DNA from: a plasmid
Strand: one strand, 5' to 3'
DNA length: 5,206 nt
Sequence record: NC_010930.1
Shown here: positions 1 through 4,899 of the stretch, piece by piece
Layout: every line of letters starts with the position of its first letter
How positions within the stretch are numbered: the first letter of the stretch is position 1
The notes under the pieces: generated by a model
What the model saw: only the letters and a program-made list of their open reading frames with translations
Told to the model about the DNA's origin: nothing
The model's database searches: none
Translations under genes and position numbers: made by a program

Positions 1-268
1 CGGTGGGAACGAGTTGAGCAAGTGCCGGAATCACCTTGGTGGGCAGGGTGAACACCTGAAGAGAAACGGAAGAGTCTACGCCAGAATCATCGATGTACTG
101 CACGGGAACGCGGTAGACCTGATGACCCTCGACGAGCTTGGCCTCGCCGCTGGGCTTGCCATCGGCGGTGTACCCCTGCTTGGGGTGCATGGTTGCCGGG
201 TCAATTTTCTGAGTCACTTGCAGGATACCGGCAAAACGGTCTGCGGCGACAGGGGGAACAGTAAACAT
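1..268 (-). CDS. Hypothetical protein, N-terminal part. ATG at 268, open to the left edge. Probably continues across a circular junction into 5206..5101 to give about 124 aa.
   Basis: Minus-strand translation from ATG 268..266 reads MFTVPPVAADRFAGILQVTQKIDPATMHPKQGYTADGKPSGEAKLVEGHQVYRVPVQYIDDSGVDSSVSLQVFTLPTKVIPALAQLVPT with no stop before position 1. A GGAAAGGA Shine-Dalgarno-like element lies 6-7 nt upstream on the minus strand (plus 276..283). Composition is protein-like. The listed plus ORF 14..307 is its antisense shadow. Confidence 0.55.
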   Translation of the reverse strand, partial: MFTVPPVAADRFAGILQVTQKIDPATMHPKQGYTADGKPSGEAKLVEGHQVYRVPVQYIDDSGVDSSVSLQVFTLPTKVIPALAQLVPT

Positions 269-313
269 TTTTTTCCTTTCCAGTTACGCTCTCTACCAAA
301 CAGATAGAGGAAT

Positions 314-329
314 CCCCGCTGACGCGGGG
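314..329. repeat. Short GC hairpin: CCCCGC, loop TGAC, GCGGGG.
   Basis: Perfect 6-bp inverted repeat with a 4-nt loop, read directly. It sits in the leader/promoter region of the minus-strand gene that starts at 268. Confidence 0.4.
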
Positions 330-349
330 TAAATGGCCGGGGCGCGGGA

Positions 350-405
350 TTGCACCCCCAGCAAGCTTCATATGTAATATTACATCAGTAATGGTACATA
401 GGTAA
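350..405. promoter_or_regulatory. Divergent promoter region with a perfect 14-bp palindrome, ATGTAATATTACAT (372..385), overlapping candidate -10 hexamers on both strands.
   Basis: Plus strand: TTGCAC (350..355), 17-nt spacer, TGTAAT (373..378), upstream of the ORF that starts at 435. Minus strand: TTACCT (revcomp of 400..405), 17-nt spacer, TAATAT (revcomp of 377..382), upstream of the gene that starts at 268. Both -10 candidates lie inside the palindrome, so it is a plausible operator. The -35 matches are weak. Confidence 0.35.
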
Positions 406-434
406 AATCACGGCGTGTTGTGTAAGATAAAGTC

Positions 435-896
435 ATGTCCACAGATAGAAAAAAGAACATCAGAGATAAGCAACTTCTCGATTCCGTCACCGAAGAACAA
501 ATCAATGAAGAAATGACAGAAATCAAAAAAGCACTTTTCCACCAAATACATCGTCACGGCAACAAGTTGGCCTCAGAAACAGACCTCGATACGTCACTTT
601 CCAAACTTCTACTGCTACGAAAACTCAGCAATGAACTAAACGATCTAGCTGAGATTGTCGCAGCTAGTGCCGTCAGCAGACATGTATCGCTAAGCAATAT
701 CGGAAGAGCCTACGGACTTGACCCCGCCAATGTGAAAAGAAAATTCAAAGACCTTGACGCCATCAACGCCGCCAAGATGAAATACTACGAGACCAAAGAG
801 CCAGTACCAGTAACAATCAACGGCAGAACAATCATGTTCGATAGAACATTCATTAGTGGAGAATACAAAGAAAAATCCCTCTGGCCACGCGAATAA
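435..896 (+). CDS. Hypothetical 153-aa protein with an HTH-like segment (VSLSNIGRAYGLDPANVKRKF). Markedly A/T-rich relative to the rest of the window.
   Basis: Clean ATG..TAA ORF. By eye it is far poorer in G+C than the flanks (not computed). Lys/Glu/Asn-rich and helical in character, with an HTH-like motif near residues 85-105. No family recognised. Weak SD (AAGATAAAG). A stable hairpin follows the stop. Confidence 0.6.
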   Translation: MSTDRKKNIRDKQLLDSVTEEQINEEMTEIKKALFHQIHRHGNKLASETDLDTSLSKLLLLRKLSNELNDLAEIVAASAVSRHVSLSNIGRAYGLDPANVKRKFKDLDAINAAKMKYYETKEPVPVTINGRTIMFDRTFISGEYKEKSLWPRE

Positions 897-904
897 ATGT
901 GCCT

Positions 905-927
905 GTGGGCGCATCGAGCGCCCACAA
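905..927 (+). terminator. GC-rich hairpin immediately after the stop of ORF 435..896: TGTGGGCGC, loop ATCGA, GCGCCCACA.
   Basis: Perfect 9-bp inverted repeat with a 5-nt loop starting 9 nt after TAA 894..896. No T-tract follows. Hairpins without a T-tract are common as terminators in high-GC Actinobacteria. Confidence 0.4.
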
Positions 928-1039
928 CCACTGTGCTGGGGTCCCCCTGCCCCCATCACTCGAAAGCTTCGAGGACGCAGGGGAAGTCACGGCCAAGAAT
1001 GCCGTCAATGGTGACGCATGCACTGGCCGGTGCCCGTAG

Positions 1040-1066
1040 GTCTTCCCGACGCGTTGTCGGGAAGAC
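1040..1066. repeat. Perfect 11-bp inverted repeat: GTCTTCCCGAC, loop GCGTT, GTCGGGAAGAC.
   Basis: Read directly. It lies in the 245-bp non-coding stretch between ORF 435..896 and the HTH gene that starts at 1142. Candidate operator, terminator or origin hairpin. Confidence 0.5.
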
Positions 1067-1075
1067 GGGAGGGTG

Positions 1076-1132
1076 GCGCTACCGTTATCGCCACCAGTGG
1101 CGTGATACTTGTAGCGCTACCGGTGACGCTAC
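1076..1132. repeat. Iteron-like direct repeats. GCGCTACCG occurs twice (1076..1084, 1113..1121) with a variant ACGCTAC (1126..1132). GGTGACGC occurs twice (1010..1017, 1121..1128). Also a 10-bp palindrome GTAGCGCTAC (1110..1119) and a small IR CGCCAC-CA-GTGGCG (1089..1102).
   Basis: Repeats read directly from the sequence. They cluster just upstream of the start of the HTH-protein gene (1142). Confidence 0.4.
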
Positions 1133-1141
1133 TATTGAGCT

Positions 1142-1663
1142 ATGGCAGCTAAGACATACAGCGTTGATGAACTTGCACATCTGACCGGCCTATCGGTGTC
1201 GGGTATCAAAAAAGCGATTGCGGAGAAACGTATCAAGGCTCGCAAGATCGGGCGTAGCTGGGCGATTGACCCGAGCGACCCGACCGTGCAGGGCTGGTTG
1301 ACCAAGGCCGATGTGGTAAAGTCCCCCGATGTTCAGGCCTTGACCGAGGAAATCAGCAAGCTTCGCCGTGAGAACGCGAATCTTGCCAAGCGCGTCCGTC
1401 AGGCCGAAGCCGGACAACGCAGGGCTGAGAGGGAAACCCGCCAGTTGGAGGCGGAGCTTGCGGAGGCCTACAAGTCCAGTACGGAGCAGGCGCATGAGAA
1501 CGCCCGGAAAATCTATGAGCTGTCTCATGAAGTCATCGAACAGGCGGCGCAGGAGAACACAAGGACATTGCTCAAGGTCGTGGGCTTGCTTGCCAATACC
1601 GAGAAGCCTATGCAGATTCTGTCAGGTCAAGTAGCGCCAGAGGAGGCGACACCGGAGGCGTAG
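1142..1663 (+). CDS. Excisionase-family (MerR-superfamily, HTH_17-like) DNA-binding protein with a C-terminal coiled-coil. 173 aa.
   Basis: The N-terminus YSVDELAHLTGLSVSGIKKAIAEKRIKARKIGRSWAIDPSD matches the excisionase-type HTH pattern (hydrophobic-x-E-x-A-x-x-L-G-[VL]-S, then k-i-G-r-x-w-x-i). Residues 65-140 show heptad-like E/R/A/Q/L periodicity (LTEEISKLRRENANLAKRVRQAEAG...). ATG..TAG is complete. Shadow ORFs 1190..1528(-) and 1368..1634(+) were discarded. Confidence 0.7.
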   Translation: MAAKTYSVDELAHLTGLSVSGIKKAIAEKRIKARKIGRSWAIDPSDPTVQGWLTKADVVKSPDVQALTEEISKLRRENANLAKRVRQAEAGQRRAERETRQLEAELAEAYKSSTEQAHENARKIYELSHEVIEQAAQENTRTLLKVVGLLANTEKPMQILSGQVAPEEATPEA

Positions 1664-3305
1664 CCTTTTCCGGTTGTTCAGCATTCCATTTGTCATCGAA
1701 CGGAACCGGCTTGGCAGTACGCGCGACGACCTTCATATCCTGGCGTAGGTCTTCCCATTGGTAGCGGATACCCTGTATCTCGGTTTTCTGACGTTTGGCC
1801 TTGCCTGCCTTTGTTCGGTCGAAGCTGATGTTCCAGAGTCCGTTATCGTCAAGAACCTGTGCTTTGTGGCCGGGCAGGAGTTCGCGGAGCTTGTCCCAGT
1901 CGTGGTCTTCGATGGCGTGTTTGGCCTGTGCGAGAATCTTCGGGTTGTGTTTCAACGCCTCGTCGTATGGTGCTGATTCGATTCGCCATGCCATGACGGC
2001 GCGTTGCGTCTGTTGCTCGATGATTTCATTATCGTTGAGGTCATCGATACCGAAGTGTTCCTTAAGTCCGGGCGACCAGCGTATGCATTGGCGACCTGAG
2101 GTGAAGGAGACGTATTCAATCCACTTCCGACGTCGTTCGCCAGCCGACATCTTCAACGGGCATTCATCGTCCAACAGCTGGAACGGGTTGATATGGGTAT
2201 CTCCGTCACCCTCGTGACCGTCTTTCACATCACCGCGCGCCATCTCGCCGGACACCTCCCATGTGTGAGAGTCTTCCGCCTTGTCGTCCTGAAACTTGCT
2301 GATGTAGAGCGCGATGACCTTGCCGTGGTCATCTACCCGTTGCAGATCCACTCCGTGGGCTTCGCTGGGTGTGATGACCCATTTGCGTTGCCCGTTGGCG
2401 GTCCTGCTTTCGTTCCACTCGTCGGCCACCTTATTCAGGTTCTCCGCCCAACGGGGGAACAGCCATGCGCGGAACCGTTCTAGCATGTCATCGTCCACCT
2501 TGGTTTCAGCGAACAGAAGCACGTGCAGGTGAGGGTGCCAGCCGTCCTCGTCGCCCAAGGTGATTTCGACGCTCTTGATATTGCCGATAAGTCCGAGCCG
2601 GTTTCGCCATTTGTCCCAAGGTTTGCCGCGAATGACCTTGCGGAAGCCGGAGAGCAGGGCGTCAAGGGTGAACGCCAATGGCATGGTGCCATCGTGCCTC
2701 AGCGTGAGGGTCATGAAGAGTATGCTTCCGCCGTTTTCCAAGTGCTTGTTGACCGCCGTCTGAATCTCGACCGAGCGGCGTTGGCGAATGGTGGCCGAGC
2801 AGGTCGGGCATGACCATATCGAGGAGCATTTGACCACACCGGCGTAGGAGCCACGGCCTGATTCGTTCAGCCTGAGTTCGGCGTGCCCGCCATGACGATA
2901 CCGGCGGTGTTCCGCAGCGACCTTGACTTTCACGCCTTTCGCGTATCCGTTGGCGCGTTGGCCGCAGTATGCAGGTCGTCGTACCTCGTCGTACACCCGT
3001 CGCATGTTCGGCTTCTTCTTGCCTGATTGTCCGGAGTCGATGAACGCTTGCGACCACAGCAGATTCTTACTTTTCCAACGTCGGATATAACGGCTGATTT
3101 CAGCGTTACGGTCGTACTTTTCACCGTTCTTAGCAGGGGGGGTTACGAATTTAGTATTATCCCTAGAGCCGCTTCGCGGCTTCGCGGCTTCGGACTGCGC
3201 GCCGGCTTGCGCCTCTGCTACGTCCGCGCCGCTATCCGGTGCGTCCGGTTTATGTGAAGACGTTACCCGCTCTTTGGGTGTCGTCCTCTGAGTTGCTATA
3301 CTCAT
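1608..3305 (-). CDS. rep: Rolling-circle replication initiator (Rep) of HUH superfamily I type, pIJ101 / pSAM2-RepSA-like. 565 aa from ATG 3305; the ORF track starts it at TTG 3323.
   Basis: Motif 1 FMTLTL is at nt 2717..2700. The HUH motif WHPHLHVLLF is at nt 2537..2523 for HPHLH. Motif 3 ALYISKFQDDK has Tyr at nt 2306..2304. The spacing between motifs (about 60-70 aa) is typical. A Cys cluster CSSIWSCPTC (nt 2828..2799) lies just upstream of motif 1. All internal plus and minus ORFs are shadows. Confidence 0.88.
   Translation of the reverse strand: MSIATQRTTPKERVTSSHKPDAPDSGADVAEAQAGAQSEAAKPRSGSRDNTKFVTPPAKNGEKYDRNAEISRYIRRWKSKNLLWSQAFIDSGQSGKKKPNMRRVYDEVRRPAYCGQRANGYAKGVKVKVAAEHRRYRHGGHAELRLNESGRGSYAGVVKCSSIWSCPTCSATIRQRRSVEIQTAVNKHLENGGSILFMTLTLRHDGTMPLAFTLDALLSGFRKVIRGKPWDKWRNRLGLIGNIKSVEITLGDEDGWHPHLHVLLFAETKVDDDMLERFRAWLFPRWAENLNKVADEWNESRTANGQRKWVITPSEAHGVDLQRVDDHGKVIALYISKFQDDKAEDSHTWEVSGEMARGDVKDGHEGDGDTHINPFQLLDDECPLKMSAGERRRKWIEYVSFTSGRQCIRWSPGLKEHFGIDDLNDNEIIEQQTQRAVMAWRIESAPYDEALKHNPKILAQAKHAIEDHDWDKLRELLPGHKAQVLDDNGLWNISFDRTKAGKAKRQKTEIQGIRYQWEDLRQDMKVVARTAKPVPFDDKWNAEQPEKATPPVSPPLALLDLTESA
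3274..3302 (+). promoter_or_regulatory. Candidate plus-strand promoter antisense to the rep start: TTGGGT (3274..3279), 17-nt spacer, extended -10 TGcTATACT (3294..3302).
   Basis: The hexamers and the TG extension are read directly. The predicted transcription start is near 3309, right at the rep start codon (3305..3303) on the other strand. Confidence 0.25.
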
Positions 3306-3308
3306 GGT

Positions 3309-3413
3309 TGTAACGACTTTCAAGTTATGGCCGATAGCGCGAAGTTTGGCGACAGGGCGCTATCAGCGAGCTTCAGATTCCCCGGGGTTCCAGCCCCGGG
3401 GTTTCTTCTTTCT
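3309..3413 (+). ncRNA. Candidate small antisense countertranscript (ctRNA) covering the rep translation-initiation region and leader.
   Basis: It would run from the candidate promoter above to the hairpin plus T-tract at 3380..3413, giving about 100 nt. It contains an internal 8-bp-stem hairpin, GATAGCGC (3333..3340) paired with GCGCTATC (3357..3364), with a 16-nt loop. The overlapping plus ORF 3304..3489 is not credible as coding. This architecture is typical of ctRNA copy control in rolling-circle plasmids. It is hypothetical here. Confidence 0.2.
3380..3413 (+). terminator. Intrinsic-terminator-like element on the plus strand: tandem palindromes CCCCGGGGTT-CCAG-CCCCGGGGTT, then TTTCTTCTTTCT.
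   Basis: Two self-complementary CCCCGGGG octamers (3380..3387, 3394..3401) can pair as an 8-bp stem with a 6-nt loop. A T-rich run follows on the plus strand only. The minus-strand side is A-rich upstream and not T-rich downstream, so it would not terminate tra-to-rep transcription efficiently. Confidence 0.4.
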
Positions 3414-3427
3414 ACTAAACCAACAGC

Positions 3428-4309
3428 CTAAACTACAGGCTTATTATTTGCAATCGCGTCAATGGCAGTCATCGCGTCGTTCTCGCTGATGTAGGCAAAC
3501 CGACACATGGCGGCCTGACCATTATCAAGGCCGATGACCGCGCCACCGGGTCGTGACGTTGGGATATCCAACGGGGAGGGCGAGCCATCAGGCAGATTGC
3601 CCAGCACGGCGCGTGCGGCCTCGGGGGTCGATATCTGGAAGCAGATACGTGCGCCGCAGTTGTCACGGAGCTGGCTTGGCAGGCAGTCGGTCGTGGGTTT
3701 CTGGGTGATGGCGAAGAGCAGGTATCCGGCAGACCGTCCCTTTCTCACGATGTTGGTGGCGGCACCGGTGATGTCCTGAGCCAAATCCCTGAGTTCCTTG
3801 ACGGGGCGACCATCATCGCTGGTCACTCCCTTGGGGTCGAAGTAGGTCTGGCATTCGTCAACGATGATGACTTCAAGCGGTGGCCTCTTATCCGGTGGAA
3901 GATTCCAGAAGTTACTTTCGCCGTAATTGGCTCGCATAGAGGCGGTTCGAGATTTCATATCACGATTGAGATTAAGGATTGCTTCATGTACAAGGTCGAT
4001 GTCATCACGAATGAACGTCGTGGCGGCGTTTTCCGCCCAAGTCCAGTCATCGCCGCCCTTGCCATCGATGATGTGCAGGTTGACCTGACCGGACAAGTAG
4101 AGCGCCAGCACGATAATCATCATGCCAGCGGTCTTGCCGCTTCCGGGTCTTCCACCCACCACAACGCCACTCTGGTTCCTGATGATGATGGACGCGGGGG
4201 AGCCGTCCTCAAGCAAGCCAAACGTAATGCGTCCGGCCACTGGGTCAAACGGCAGAAGCCGGAACTTTGATGGCTCCGGCTTCTGTTGGTGTTTCCATGG
4301 GAATCTCAT
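3428..4309 (-). CDS. tra: FtsK/SpoIIIE-family DNA translocase ATPase, TraSA/TraB-like conjugal dsDNA transfer protein. 294 aa from ATG 4309. It has no N-terminal transmembrane segment.
   Basis: Walker A GGRPGSGKT is at nt 4156..4130 and Walker B VIIVDE at nt 3871..3854. An FtsK-like motor segment follows (AITQKPT...RICFQ). The ORF track begins at TTG 4432, but ATG 4309 has a GGAG SD 7 nt upstream and forms an ATGA overlap with the stop of the upstream gene (4308..4306), so 4309 is preferred. Confidence 0.85.
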   Translation of the reverse strand: MRFPWKHQQKPEPSKFRLLPFDPVAGRITFGLLEDGSPASIIIRNQSGVVVGGRPGSGKTAGMMIIVLALYLSGQVNLHIIDGKGGDDWTWAENAATTFIRDDIDLVHEAILNLNRDMKSRTASMRANYGESNFWNLPPDKRPPLEVIIVDECQTYFDPKGVTSDDGRPVKELRDLAQDITGAATNIVRKGRSAGYLLFAITQKPTTDCLPSQLRDNCGARICFQISTPEAARAVLGNLPDGSPSPLDIPTSRPGGAVIGLDNGQAAMCRFAYISENDAMTAIDAIANNKPVV

Positions 4310-4899
4310 GCGAGGACTCCGATGACAGCGTTGTCGAGTGCGGTCTTGACCGTGGGACTGGTGGAGAGCTGAACGGTGAACAGTCCGGGGTTGGCCGTGT
4401 CCTCGCTGATGGCGAATGACCGGCACCGCCAAACCCTCGCGTTCTGGGTCAGCAGTTCCTTGAGGTGGTCGGGGTTCATGCCCGATTCACCGCCACCGTC
4501 GAACCTAACGAACGTGTCGCCGTCCCGCTTATAGGTGGTGGCCGGAATGGTCTTGGTCTTATCCTCGTCCGTGTAGATTTCGGCCTTGCGGAGCTTCGAG
4601 CAAGTGTTGACGCGATCGAAGCGTGCGACTATCCCCCAGAGGGGAACAAGGCCGACCAAGGCGTTGGACATGCCGGAGCGCAGGGGCTTCCAGAAGATTC
4701 CGGCAACAAGCAGGATTACGGCGACGGCGAGGGCGAGCCAGCCGATGATGTCGGCGTGGAGCATGAACGGCAGGACGATGACGGCCAGCCAGACAAGGGT
4801 AAGCCCCACGGTGCCGGAAACGTCCGGCTGGTTTTTCTTGGCTTCCTGCTTGGCCTGAGCCTTGGCAGTTTCCTGACCAATTTTCTTAAGTTCACTCAT
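4306..4899 (-). CDS. Membrane protein with two transmembrane helices (198 aa), translationally coupled to the FtsK-like ATPase. Candidate membrane anchor or Spd-like partner.
   Basis: ATG 4899 has a strong GAGGAGG SD 9 nt upstream. The N-terminal tail is Lys-rich. Two hydrophobic helices follow: TVGLTLVWLAVIVLPFMLHADI and IGWLALAVAVILLVAGIFW. A soluble C-terminal domain of about 110 aa comes next. The stop TGA 4308..4306 overlaps the tra ATG. Confidence 0.7.
   Translation of the reverse strand: MSELKKIGQETAKAQAKQEAKKNQPDVSGTVGLTLVWLAVIVLPFMLHADIIGWLALAVAVILLVAGIFWKPLRSGMSNALVGLVPLWGIVARFDRVNTCSKLRKAEIYTDEDKTKTIPATTYKRDGDTFVRFDGGGESGMNPDHLKELLTQNARVWRCRSFAISEDTANPGLFTVQLSTSPTVKTALDNAVIGVLA

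Noticed and set aside
14-307. Plus-strand ORF of 97 aa.
   Set aside because: The sequence is low-complexity and typical of a high-GC shadow frame. It is entirely antisense to the convincing minus-strand gene that starts at 268.
897-1184. Plus-strand ORF of 95 aa, Arg/Ser/Thr-rich.
   Set aside because: It has the composition of a GC-rich non-coding read-through (RRSSRRVVGKTGGWRYRYRHQWR). It spans a repeat- and hairpin-rich region, has no SD, and overlaps the start of the well-supported HTH gene.
690-1634. Minus ORF 690..959, minus ORF 1190..1528 and plus ORF 1368..1634.
   Set aside because: They overlap the better-supported ORFs 435..896 and 1142..1663 in other frames. Their compositions are not protein-like.
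1758-3257. Many internal ORFs on both strands inside rep: 1758..1976, 1795..2217, 2193..2483, 2314..2532, 2523..2813, 2560..2763, 3027..3257 on plus; 2480..2692, 2662..3057, 2930..3124 on minus.
   Set aside because: They are shadow frames of the 565-aa Rep gene. The peptides are Arg/Ser/Cys/Pro-rich and low-complexity. Rep is contiguous and motif-supported across the whole span.
3469-4325. ORFs antisense to or out of frame with tra: 3534..3779 plus, 3986..4270 plus, 4122..4325 plus, 3469..3666 minus. Also ORF 3304..3489 plus across the spacer.
   Set aside because: They are shadow ORFs of the FtsK-like gene. The 3304..3489 frame spans the structured spacer and is better explained as non-coding or antisense RNA.
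4306-4432. Longer 334-aa version of the FtsK-like ORF starting at TTG 4432.
   Set aside because: The extra 41 aa are His/Arg/Gln-rich junk and overlap the upstream gene by 127 nt. ATG 4309 has an SD and an ATGA coupling.
1708-4868. The octamer CTTGGCAG occurs three times: near 1709, 3664 and 4861.
   Set aside because: The copies are widely scattered and all lie inside coding regions with no shared context. This is most likely chance in GC-rich sequence rather than a nick-site motif.
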